The position numbers and the translations under genes were made by a program. Positions 1-8,952 of a stretch of 64,000 nt of DNA are shown in pieces. Source of the DNA: Desulfoarculaceae bacterium (GTDB lineage Bacteria; Desulfobacterota; Desulfobulbia; Desulfobulbales; Desulfocapsaceae); contig JAHYIV010000008.1 of NCBI GenBank assembly GCA_019429465.1, forward strand, positions 20,597 to 84,596, given 5' to 3'. A model generated the notes under the pieces. It was given only the letters and a program-made list of their open reading frames with translations. It did not search any database and was not told the origin of the DNA. Every line of letters starts with the position of its first letter. Position 1 is the stretch's first letter.

Positions 1-76
1 AGCCCTCATCGCGGAGCAGTTCAGAAAGGATCACCAGATAATTAGGTTCATCATCAACTACCAGTATGGAATACAT
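1..76 (-). CDS. response regulator receiver-domain protein; only the N-terminal 25 codons are visible because the gene runs off the left edge
   Basis: A minus-strand ATG at 76..74 is followed by MYSILVVDDEPNYLVILSELLRDEG. The VVDD acidic pocket is typical of CheY-like receivers. The gene lies downstream of, and co-directional with, the PHP gene. Confidence 0.55.
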   Translation of the reverse strand, partial: MYSILVVDDEPNYLVILSELLRDEG

Positions 77-125
77 GATCAGCAACTCTCGTCATATCTA
101 TTGTTTTTTAAAAAAAACGCCTGCC

Positions 126-971
126 CTAAGTACGCAGGCGCAATCTCTCTTTCATCTTCTCAAGCAGTTCCGGCGGCACGAAAATATTTTTGCCGCCGGC
201 CAGACTGGTGCCGGGTCGTACTTCACCATGATAATCACTGCCGCCGGTAAGCAGGAGATCGTGCTGATCGGCAAGTTCTCGCAGTTTTTTCTTTATTTTA
301 TGCGAATGGGTCGGATAGTACAACTCAATCCCATCGAGCCCTGCCGGGACCAGAGCAGCAAGAACCGCGGGCAAACGGGTAAGCTCCGGATCGTTTTGCG
401 CCGGATGGGCCAGGACCGTAAGCCCCCCGGCCTGACGGATCAGCGCCACAGCCTCGGCCGCGTCATAACTAAACCGCGAAGCATAGGCAACCTCTCCCTT
501 CTTCAAAAACTGATCAAAGGCCTCCCTCATGGTCTTCACCACCCCGCGTTCCACCAGGATCCTGGCTATATGCGGCCTGCCGGTCTGTCCCTGTTCAGAC
601 ACCACCTGCAATTCTTCCGCCGTCACCGGGATACCCAACCCCTTCAGTTTCTCCAGAATCTTTTCATTACGTTCAGCCCTTGCCCCCTGCAATCTGCTCA
701 GAGCGGACGCAAGCACGCTATGACTGGCATCAGCCCAGTATCCCAGGATATGATATTCAACCTGGGCATGATTCACACTGATTTCAATGCCGGGAACGAC
801 CTCCACTCCCATCTGGGCACCAGCCAGAACGGCCTCTTCTATTCCAGCCATGGTATCATGATCAGTCAGGGCCAGGGCGGATAGCTTTTTATGTCTAGCC
901 AGTGCCACAAGCTCGGTCGGGGTCATGGTGCCATCAGAAAAATTCGAATGGGTATGCAGATCTATAGACAT
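126..971 (-). CDS. PHP-domain phosphoesterase (TrpH/YciV-like)
   Basis: The ORF is 281 aa. The N-terminal IDLHTHSNFSDG metal-binding motif and later His/Asp motifs are typical of the PHP family. Confidence 0.8.
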   Translation of the reverse strand: MSIDLHTHSNFSDGTMTPTELVALARHKKLSALALTDHDTMAGIEEAVLAGAQMGVEVVPGIEISVNHAQVEYHILGYWADASHSVLASALSRLQGARAERNEKILEKLKGLGIPVTAEELQVVSEQGQTGRPHIARILVERGVVKTMREAFDQFLKKGEVAYASRFSYDAAEAVALIRQAGGLTVLAHPAQNDPELTRLPAVLAALVPAGLDGIELYYPTHSHKIKKKLRELADQHDLLLTGGSDYHGEVRPGTSLAGGKNIFVPPELLEKMKERLRLRT

Positions 972-1453
972 ATCAAAGGACAGGAAACTTTTATAGTAAG
1001 GGCCGACAATCGGCGGAACAAGACTTTTTCCGCCGAGACTGCCAGAATATTATTGTTCATTCATTATTAAAATAACTCGTAACTTTCCAGCTTCATGCCG
1101 GGAAATTGCCAAAACATTTGTCGCGTAACTCTTACTATACGCCTTCACTACAGATCAGGCAAGAAAGATACCTCTTGCCCCCCTGCTCTTCCCCTTACCT
1201 TGATCCTTTTTCACCTTGACCTCCGAGTCCGGCACCCGGAAATATCCCTTTACAATGGCTGCTCTCCAGACGTACAAATAAATGATGGCCTCGTAAAAAG
1301 TCCGATCTCCGGCCATACCCTCTTCAGTTAAACAATCAGAGAAGCCATTGGAGGCAAGGGATTACAGCCAACAAATACTGCCTGACCCCTGCAATCATTC
1401 GAGCATAGAGGGCGTCAACAGGGCCAGGCTTCTCAAACGACAAGGAGGCGCCT

Positions 1454-2275
1454 ATGAAGGTCGTGGCAGCGGTAAACGGTTTGATCACCTCGGAGATTGC
1501 GGCCCTCTACGCCCTGCGCTACGCCTCTCTATACGGATTTCCCCTGACCCTGCTCCACGTTGAGAATCCCGAGGACAGCCTCGACGAAGTCGAACGAAGC
1601 ATGGTCGTCATCGAGGAAGCGGCGGCGGTGGATGCTGTCACCACCGAGCGGATTTTACTTGCCGGCAAGCCGGTCAAGGCCATCAGAAGATATCTCTCTG
1701 CAAACCGGGTTGACACCCTTTTCTGCAGCACCTCCAGGCACCGTCATTTTTTTCAAAATTCCCTGCGCGAGCAGCTGACTTGCCAGCCACTCTCTGCCGA
1801 TCTGGCTGTAGTCCAGATAGTCCGGCTGGATGCCGCCCATGCGGTACGCAACATGGTGCTGCCCATCGAGGAGGCCAGGCTGTCGGTGAAGAAGTTTGCG
1901 CTCTTTGCCTCCTTTGCCAGGGCCTACGGGGCCGCTACCGAGGTCTACAGTGTCACCCTGGCTGACTCGAAAAAACTGGCGGAATTCGATATCCATCTTA
2001 CCCGGACACTGCTCAGAAATATCAACGAGCGCCTGTCCCATTATGTCAAACTGGCCAGCTTCATGGATATCCCCTTTCGCATCAAGCATGCCGTGGCCAG
2101 GAATGAGATCGACCAGATACTCCACCATCTCTCGCACCATGATTTCCAGTTAATGATTGTCGGCGGCAGGCGGCGGGCAGGCCTGCCGCGCCTGTTCGGG
2201 AGCCACCCCATCGAACGTCTGCTGCGTGAAACGCCGCTCAACACCATTGCCTTTTATGGTCGGGAAGATGGATAG
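1454..2275 (+). CDS. universal stress protein family protein (tandem USP-like domains)
   Basis: The ORF is 273 aa, and its ATG is preceded by AAGGAGG at 1442-1448. It has two USP-like halves, and its stop overlaps the start of the downstream ATPase. Confidence 0.75.
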   Translation: MKVVAAVNGLITSEIAALYALRYASLYGFPLTLLHVENPEDSLDEVERSMVVIEEAAAVDAVTTERILLAGKPVKAIRRYLSANRVDTLFCSTSRHRHFFQNSLREQLTCQPLSADLAVVQIVRLDAAHAVRNMVLPIEEARLSVKKFALFASFARAYGAATEVYSVTLADSKKLAEFDIHLTRTLLRNINERLSHYVKLASFMDIPFRIKHAVARNEIDQILHHLSHHDFQLMIVGGRRRAGLPRLFGSHPIERLLRETPLNTIAFYGREDG

Positions 2276-4991
2276 CTCCAAGCGAATCTTCATGCTCGAC
2301 ACGGCGGCGCTCATGCGCCGCCTGCAGACAACGGAACAGGGGCTCAGCGCCGCCCAGGTGCATCGGCGACTGCGTGAATTCGGCCCCAATGTCCTGGCAC
2401 AGGCCGCCAGGAAAAACTATCTGCTGGCCTATATGAGCCAGTACTGGCAGTTCTTCGCCCTGCTGCTGGAGGTGGCGGCAGGGCTGGCCTTTATCGCCGG
2501 CCACTTCTCTCCCGATGAAGGCACCGACATCCTGGCCTGGGCCATCCTCGGCGCAGTCGTGATCACCGCCACCTTCACCTTCTGGCAGGAGTACCGGACA
2601 GACAAGGTCATGGCCGCCCTGCTCCAGCTGATGCCGGCCCTGGTCATGGTGCGCCGCCAGGGAAAGGAGGTGAGTATCGACTCCAGGGAACTGGTGCCTG
2701 GCGACGTCATGTTGCTGGAGGAGGGTGACAAGGTCGCGGCCGACGGGGTATTGATTGCAGTCAGTTCACTCCACCTGAACCTCTCCTCACTCACCGGCGA
2801 ATCAGCCCCTGCCCCCAGGCAGTTGTCCGCAGACGGAGCCACCAGGCAGCTTGAGGCCCGCAACATGGTCTTTGCCGGCACCACCGTGGTTACCGGCAGC
2901 GGTACCGTCCTGGTCACCGGCACGGCCAGTGCCACCGAATTCGGCAAGATCGCCAGCCTCACCAGAAACGTCCGCAAGATGATGACCCCCATGCAGAGGG
3001 AGGTCCTCCACATTACCCACGTCATGACGATCCTGGCCCTGGTGATCGGTGGCGTTTTTTTCGGGCTCTGTCTCTTTTTCGGCAAGGGACTGCTGCTGTC
3101 CTCGATCTTTGCCCTGTCACTGATCGTGGCCAACGTGCCGGAGGGCTTGCTGCCGACCATTGCCCTGTCACTGTCCCTGGCCAGCCAGCGCATGGCCCGT
3201 CGCCATGCCTTGATCAAAAACCTCGACTCGGTGGAGACTCTCGGCAGCACCACGGTGATCTGCACCGATAAGACCGGCACCCTGACCCGCAACGAGATGA
3301 CAATCAAAGGTCTGTGGCTGGCTGGCGGCGAAGAGGTCGCCGTCTCCGGCGAAGGCTATCTGGATCCGGGTGAATTTACACCAAGTGACGAAAATGAGAG
3401 TACAACAGCCCGGCTTGAGGAGTTGCTTCTGGCCGGGCTCCTCAACTGCCGGGCCAGCATTGTCCATGACACCCTCAGGGGCGATCCGACTGAACTGGCC
3501 CTGGTCTCCGCCGCCCGCAAGCTCGGGATCAAGGCACCGGCCTGGCAAAAAGTCCATGAACACATCTTCACCAGCGACCGCAAGATGATGTCCACGGTCT
3601 ATGAGGAAGGTGCGACCTTGCGTCTTTTCGCCAAGGGTGCCCTTGAGGTACTCCTGCCCTGCTGTACCGCCTATTGCGCAGCCGACAACAGCAGACAACC
3701 GCTGACCGAGGCGGCCCGCAAGCAAGTCTATGACCAGGCCGAAATCTTCGAGAATCAGGCGTATCGAGTTCTGGCCGTGGCTCTCGGGGAGGGCAAACAG
3801 GAAAATGAACTGACCCTGCTTGGTCTGGTTGCAATCATGGATCTGCCCCGGGCCGAGGTGGCGGCAGCTGTCGCTACCTGCCGGCTGGCCGGGATCCGCA
3901 TCATGATGATTACCGGCGACAACCCGCGCACCGCCGCCGCCATCGCCGAGCAGATCGGCATGGCCTATGACCTCTTACTGACCGGGCTTGAGCTTGAGCG
4001 CATGAATGACGAGGAGCTGGAAAAAATAGTGGCGGACCAGGATGTCCTGTTTGCCAGAATGGCGAGCAGCCAGAAGCTCAGGATTGCCACCGCCCTCCAG
4101 AACAATGGCGAGGTGGTGGCCATGACCGGGGATGGAGTCAACGACGCCCCGGCCTTGAAAAAAGCCGACATCGGTATTGCCATGGGCCTTTCCGGCACCG
4201 ACGTGGCCAAGGAGGCGGCTGACATGGTGCTGCTGGACGACAACTTTTCGTCCATCGTCACCGCCATCGAAGAGGGAAGAACCGTCTATTACAATATCAA
4301 GAAATTTGTAACCTATATTCTGGCCTCAAACATCCCGGAGATCCTGCCCTATATCCTGCAGTTTTTCCTGAAGATTCCCCTGCCGCTCTCAGTCATCCAG
4401 ATCCTGTCCATCGACCTGGGCTCAGATATCCTGCCCGGGCTGGCCCTGGGGAGTGAACGACCTGAAAAAAACATCATGCTGCGGCCACCTGTAGGCCGCC
4501 ACGAAAAGATACTCGACTGGGAGGTATTCAAGCGCGGCTATTTCTTCCTCGGTCTCATCGAAGGGATGGCGGCCATGGCCGCCTTTCTCCTCTTTCTCCA
4601 TCTGCACGGCTGGCACTATGGTGAACGAATACTCACCGACCCGCTCCTGCACCGGCAGGCCATGACCATGACCCTGCTGGGCGCGGTGACCTGCCAGATC
4701 ACCAATGCCTGGACCCTGCGCAGCTGGGATTTCTCGGCCATCAGTCTTGGTTTGTTTACCAACCGCCTGCTGCTGGCGGCCTTAGCAGCTGAGGTGGTCT
4801 GGATCTGGATGATGCTCAACCTCCCCTCGGTTCAGAAAATCTTCAACACGGCAAAGGTGCCGACAAACGATCTCTGGATCCTCCTGCCCTTCCCGATCCT
4901 GCTCTTCTGCAGTCACGAACTGTATAAATGGCAGCGACGTCGGCGCGAAAAAGCGGGCATAACGCCAGTGATCAATCAGCTGTTTCCCTGA
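2268..4991 (+). CDS. cation-transporting P-type ATPase (P2/Ca2+-ATPase-like)
   Basis: Signatures present are CTDKTGTLT (phosphorylation site), LTGES, PEGL in M4 and the TGDGVNDAPALKKADIG hinge. I trimmed the ORF-track start at 2157 to ATG 2268 (alternative 2256), which overlaps the USP stop at 2273-2275. Confidence 0.9.
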   Translation: MDSSKRIFMLDTAALMRRLQTTEQGLSAAQVHRRLREFGPNVLAQAARKNYLLAYMSQYWQFFALLLEVAAGLAFIAGHFSPDEGTDILAWAILGAVVITATFTFWQEYRTDKVMAALLQLMPALVMVRRQGKEVSIDSRELVPGDVMLLEEGDKVAADGVLIAVSSLHLNLSSLTGESAPAPRQLSADGATRQLEARNMVFAGTTVVTGSGTVLVTGTASATEFGKIASLTRNVRKMMTPMQREVLHITHVMTILALVIGGVFFGLCLFFGKGLLLSSIFALSLIVANVPEGLLPTIALSLSLASQRMARRHALIKNLDSVETLGSTTVICTDKTGTLTRNEMTIKGLWLAGGEEVAVSGEGYLDPGEFTPSDENESTTARLEELLLAGLLNCRASIVHDTLRGDPTELALVSAARKLGIKAPAWQKVHEHIFTSDRKMMSTVYEEGATLRLFAKGALEVLLPCCTAYCAADNSRQPLTEAARKQVYDQAEIFENQAYRVLAVALGEGKQENELTLLGLVAIMDLPRAEVAAAVATCRLAGIRIMMITGDNPRTAAAIAEQIGMAYDLLLTGLELERMNDEELEKIVADQDVLFARMASSQKLRIATALQNNGEVVAMTGDGVNDAPALKKADIGIAMGLSGTDVAKEAADMVLLDDNFSSIVTAIEEGRTVYYNIKKFVTYILASNIPEILPYILQFFLKIPLPLSVIQILSIDLGSDILPGLALGSERPEKNIMLRPPVGRHEKILDWEVFKRGYFFLGLIEGMAAMAAFLLFLHLHGWHYGERILTDPLLHRQAMTMTLLGAVTCQITNAWTLRSWDFSAISLGLFTNRLLLAALAAEVVWIWMMLNLPSVQKIFNTAKVPTNDLWILLPFPILLFCSHELYKWQRRRREKAGITPVINQLFP

Positions 4992-5289
4992 TTCCGCTGA
5001 CGCCGCATCCAGACTACCGTCTCATGCAGCAACAGTAGCCCGGATGAAAGGCAATGAAATCCGGAGCATGGCTATACTATCAACGGACAGCAATCTAGAT
5101 TTACCCTGACGGAGAGTCCTTTTTTCTTTACTTTTCTCAATCTTATCCGATACAGTCCTGTCACTGAAGCATCTTTTCACAAGCTGACACGGATCAACAA
5201 CAGCGGACCAGGGATGGCTGAAGAGCGACCGCCGTTCCGGCAACCAGATGACGACCTCTTTTATTCCAACGCCTTATGGAGAATCGGCC

Positions 5290-5970
5290 ATGCGCCTTAT
5301 TATTTGTACCGCTTTAATCTGTCTTTTCGCCCTCAGCTGCAGTGGCTGCACGCGTATCCCGCAACCAACCACCTATGCCTACAGCGAACAGCAAAAGATG
5401 CAGGCGGCCCACCATTGGGATGTCCTGGCCAATGACGTGGCCGATCAGATCAACAAGACCCTTGTTCGTAACGATTATGTGAGCGAACCTGTTTTTGTCA
5501 GAGTGACCTGCGGCACTGAAAATGCGCCCTGCGGACCCGGTGAAACCACGTAATTTGATGAAGGCTTTCGCGATCTTCTGATTACCCAGCTCGTCCATTT
5601 CGGTGTCCCCACCAGCGCGGTGGAAACCCCGAAGGCGATAGTCGTCAACTACAAGGTTCATGTCGTCTATCATCGCGACAACCGCTATGCCGCCCGTCCT
5701 CCCGGAATCCTCACCGCCCTGACCACGGCCGTTTCCGTGCTGCGCCATGCCCCCGGTGAAATTCAGGCCATCGCCGCCGCCGGAATTCTTGATCTGGCCA
5801 ACTCCACCACAGACAATGCTGGACATTACGAGGTCATCATCACCACCTCCATGATCACCGGCAATAAATACCTGTCCAGAACCTCGGATATCTATTACGT
5901 TAATGATCTTGACTCCTGGCATTACCAAAACAAGGCGCCAAACAGAGAAATTCAGGTCACCAATCGCTGA
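5290..5970 (+). pseudogene. lipoprotein gene interrupted by a single in-frame TAA (the ORF track shows two pieces, 5248..5553 and 5620..5970)
   Basis: ATG 5290 has GGAGA 8 nt upstream. The product starts with a signal peptide plus lipobox (MRLIICTALICLFALSCSGC). The reading frame of 5248..5553 and 5620..5970 is identical, and TAA 5551-5553 is the only stop between them. Confidence 0.6.
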
Positions 5971-5997
5971 TGATCGCTACCTCCTGACCAAACCACC

Positions 5998-6644
5998 ATG
6001 AGCAAGTTTCCTACTCTCCTCATTCTTCGCTTCATCCTGACTATCGCCCTGCCGCTCTCTCTGGCCGGCCGCTCCTCGTTTAACTGCACCAGTTTGGAAA
6101 AAAATCTGGGCGCCGAGGAAAACCTGATCACCCTGACTGCCAGGATTACCGACAACCTGACCCGGCAGGCATCTCCGCCGCTGCTGCCCCGGCAACCGGA
6201 TCTGCCAATACTGGTCACAACCTTTGTCAACAATGACAACCTGAAAGAGACATCACGATTCGGCAGGATTCTCCAGGAACAGATCACCTCACGTCTGGTA
6301 CAGCTTGATTACACTACTAAAGAGCTCAAGCTTCGCAATACCCTGCTCATGCAGGAACGATCCGGTGAGACCATGCTTTCCCGCAATACCGATGAAATCA
6401 ATGCCAAGCAAACACTCTCAGCCCAGGCTGTCCTGGGGGAACTTACTCCTACACCAACCGCACCATGTATATCTCCGCCCGGCTTATCAACCCGAGAGAC
6501 AGAAACATTATCTCCTCCTACGACTATCGGCTCTGCATGGACGACAATATCCTGACCATGTTCGGACTGAAGCGGCAATCGTCAAACTCGACCGATGAGA
6601 TCGACCCGCCACGGAATTCTTTTATTGATCGTCTCTTTTACTAA
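5998..6644 (+). pseudogene. FlgO-like outer-membrane/periplasmic protein, frameshifted in a G5 run (the ORF track shows 5998..6555)
   Basis: ILVTTFVNNDNLKETSRFGRILQEQITSRLVQLDY...AQAVL matches my recollection of the FlgO family. After GGGGG (6435-6439) the family-typical tail GTYSYTNRTMYISARLINPRDRNIISSYDYRL...RLFY continues in frame 3 to TAA 6642-6644. Confidence 0.6.
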
Positions 6645-6829
6645 CCCCCGCCACCCTTCCTTCCTGTTCACGTCTCTACAAAAAGAAGGTTATTCCAAGC
6701 ACTGCGTTTTTTTCCTGGACTTACTCACCATTTCCTGATTTATATCTTATAAATAGGTTCTCTACGGGTGGCTGTCCCTGTGCTGCTCCATTTTCAGACT
6801 CAATCGGGATCTTCCCATCTCTTATCGCT

Positions 6830-7714
6830 ATGTCGCCTCTAATGCCTATCGTCCAATTTATTGTTGTCTGTTTGCTCTCCCTCTCTTTTGCCGCATCAGC
6901 GCATACAGAAACAACAATACCGCGAAGCGAGATTTCAAGAGCTGCCTACCAGCGGCTGGCGCCACAGCTGGCACAGGCAATGCAGGAAAAAGGCCTGCAA
7001 CTGGGCCAGCCGCTCTTTATCCGCATCTTCAAAGAAGAAAACGAACTGGAGGTCTGGATAAAAAAAGAACTGGCCTATGAACTTTTCGAGACCTACAGCA
7101 TCTGTAAATACTCGGGCAATCTTGGCCCCAAGCTCCAAGAAGGTGACGGACAAAGCCCTGAAGGATTTTACACGGTCAGCGTCACTGCGCTCAACCCCTG
7201 GAGCAACTTTCATCTTTCCTTTAACCTGGGATTTCCAAACGAATATGACAGACTCCACAAACGTACGGGAAATGCCCTGATGGTTCATGGAAAATGCGCC
7301 TCAGCGGGTTGTTTTGCCATGAACGATTTCCGTATCGAAGAGATCTATACCATTGTTGACGCTGCCTTGAGCGGTGGCCAGGATCAGTTCTCTGTCCATA
7401 TCTTTCCCTTTCGCATGACCTGGGACAAGATGGCCCAATATGCCGACTCTCCGTGGATTCCCTTCTGGGAAAACCTGAAACAGGGCTATGATTATTTCCA
7501 GGGACACCGGATACCGCCCATGGTCACGGTACAAGAGCAGCAATACGCCTTCCACACCTTTCATCCCATCCTCTTTGGCAGCGACCTGACCCCTGAGCAA
7601 CCAGAGCCGGCACAGGAGGAGAGGAGCATCGCCGAGTTCAGGATAAAGCCAACGTACGAGAAGCGATATGCTCAGGTCAACGACAGTGCTTCAAAAAACC
7701 GGAGCCCACTCTAA
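6830..7714 (+). CDS. L,D-transpeptidase family protein (YafK-like)
   Basis: The product has a signal peptide. The catalytic-type motif LMVHGKCASAGCFAMNDFRIEEIY (HG..S.GC) matches the YkuD/YafK fold. Confidence 0.8.
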   Translation: MSPLMPIVQFIVVCLLSLSFAASAHTETTIPRSEISRAAYQRLAPQLAQAMQEKGLQLGQPLFIRIFKEENELEVWIKKELAYELFETYSICKYSGNLGPKLQEGDGQSPEGFYTVSVTALNPWSNFHLSFNLGFPNEYDRLHKRTGNALMVHGKCASAGCFAMNDFRIEEIYTIVDAALSGGQDQFSVHIFPFRMTWDKMAQYADSPWIPFWENLKQGYDYFQGHRIPPMVTVQEQQYAFHTFHPILFGSDLTPEQPEPAQEERSIAEFRIKPTYEKRYAQVNDSASKNRSPL

Positions 7715-7737
7715 GGGCCTGCAGGAGTCCTCCTTTT

Positions 7738-8400
7738 TTATTTTGCTTTCAGGGCCGCCCGGTCAAGAATACGGATCTTCTTACCATCCACTGCAATGAG
7801 CCCCTCGTCACTCATCTTGGCAAAGATGCGGGAAAGTGTTTCAGGAATTGTTCCCAGCAGGCTGGCCAGCTGCCCCTTTGATATCTCCAGTTCAACACTC
7901 TCTTCGCTCCCCTGCTCTTCCATGAGATAGAGTAGATAGCCGGCAAGCCTGGCCGGCACTTCCTTCAAGGATAAGTTCTCGATCTGAGCGACAAAGCGGC
8001 GCAGGCGCATTGACAGGACGGCCAGCATATTGAGAGCCAGAGAGGGATGCTCGTGGACCAGGGCAATAAAGCTTTCTCTCGGAAAGAAGATCATGGTGCT
8101 CTTCATCAGGGTCTCGGCATTGGCCGGAAAGGGCTGTCCATGAAAGACCGGGACCTCGCCAAAGGGTTCTCCCGGCCCATAGATATGCAGGATTTGCTCT
8201 TTACCGGACCAAGACATCTTGAAGATCTTCACCTTGCCCTCGCCGACCATATAAAAACCATTGCCGGGATCCCCTTCAAAGAATATGGCCTCACCCTTGA
8301 CAAATTTTTTCTCAACGGCGATTGCCTCGATCGCGTCAAGCTGTTCTTCCGGCAGACCGCCAAACAAGACGCTGTCACTTATCACCTCACGTTTTCCCAT
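7738..8400 (-). CDS. Crp/Fnr family transcriptional regulator
   Basis: The product has a cNMP-binding-type beta-roll (FFEGDPGNGFYMVGEGKVKI...GPGEPFGE) and a C-terminal HTH (QLASLLGTIPETLSRIFAKM). I moved the start to ATG 8400 (MGKREV) because the longer ORF-track N-terminus is a translation of the REP element. Confidence 0.85.
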   Translation of the reverse strand: MGKREVISDSVLFGGLPEEQLDAIEAIAVEKKFVKGEAIFFEGDPGNGFYMVGEGKVKIFKMSWSGKEQILHIYGPGEPFGEVPVFHGQPFPANAETLMKSTMIFFPRESFIALVHEHPSLALNMLAVLSMRLRRFVAQIENLSLKEVPARLAGYLLYLMEEQGSEESVELEISKGQLASLLGTIPETLSRIFAKMSDEGLIAVDGKKIRILDRAALKAK

Positions 8401-8423
8401 CAGTTCCCTCTCCTGCTCTAACT

Positions 8424-8496
8424 CCGATGAACGGGATAAGTGCCTTTCGCAGATTATTTTCTTGCAAAAAAACAATAAAATAATCTATAAGGCACT
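8424..8496 (+). repeat. REP-like palindromic element, copy 1 (15-nt head CCGATGAACGGGATA plus a hairpin of about 58 nt)
   Basis: The sequence is near-identical to the copies at 27645, 27722, 36326 (reverse) and 58496. The arms are AGTGCCTTTCGCAGATTATTTTCTTG / (C)AATAAAATAATCTATAAGGCACT around an A-run loop. Confidence 0.85.
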
Positions 8497-8772
8497 CAAA
8501 TTCCCTTTGTCTGTACCTTTCAAATGAGATCCATTTACCATTTTCCGTAAGTCCTGGCCATATTCATCAATTTACTCTGGCAAAACTGTGACAACTACAG
8601 TAAAAATAAAGTTGTCCAGGGATGGCCTGACCGTTATTTCTGCAGACCCCGCCTCTGTCGGTTCGTGACGAATTGGCCTTCTTCCGCCGGCAGAGACGGC
8701 ATGGCTGGTATTTTTAAGAAAAAACATTGCCGCTATCAACCAACCATTCAATTTTACTTTCATCACAAAACA

Positions 8773-8952
8773 ATGGCAGAAAGAATCATAGATACGCCGC
8801 TCAACAGGCCCGTCTCTGACGAGACCCTGCTCAAGGTTGCCAAGGAAATCGTGATCAAATTCATCGAAGTAGGCCGACTGACCCCTGCCACCTTTGAACA
8901 GACCTTTGAATCCATCTACCAGACGATTAAAAAGACGGTACGCCAGGCATGA
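8773..8952 (+). CDS. hypothetical small protein (59 aa), apparently translationally coupled to mpl
   Basis: The protein MAERIIDTPLNRPVSDETLLKVAKEIVIKFIEVGRLTPATFEQTFESIYQTIKKTVRQA starts at ATG 8773. Its TGA (8950-8952) overlaps the mpl ATG (8949) as ATGA. I recognise no motif. Confidence 0.45.
   Translation: MAERIIDTPLNRPVSDETLLKVAKEIVIKFIEVGRLTPATFEQTFESIYQTIKKTVRQA

Noticed and set aside
1095-1331. A 78-aa plus-strand ORF, and a 53-aa minus-strand ORF (MAGDRTFYEAIIYLYVW...), lie in the PHP/USP intergenic region.
   Set aside because: Neither has a ribosome-binding site or a recognisable motif. The region overlaps a partial copy of the 177-bp repeat terminus, so the apparent peptide similarity (TFYEAI vs TFYDAI) reflects repeat DNA.
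2157-2267. The ORF track extends the P-type ATPase N-terminus by 37 aa, overlapping the USP gene by about 120 nt.
   Set aside because: The extension is Ala/Gly/Cys/Arg-rich and lies fully inside the well-supported USP frame. ATG 2268 (MDSSKRIF...) gives a typical N-terminus and only a short overlap.
8401-8475. The ORF track gives the Crp/Fnr gene a longer N-terminus (MFFCKKIICERHLSRSSELEQEREL). Two further ORFs have similar starts: 27416..27718 and 58374..58568 (MPYRLFSCFF...).
   Set aside because: These peptides are translations of the REP-like palindrome, and the same DNA is present at five intergenic sites. They are not genuine coding sequence.
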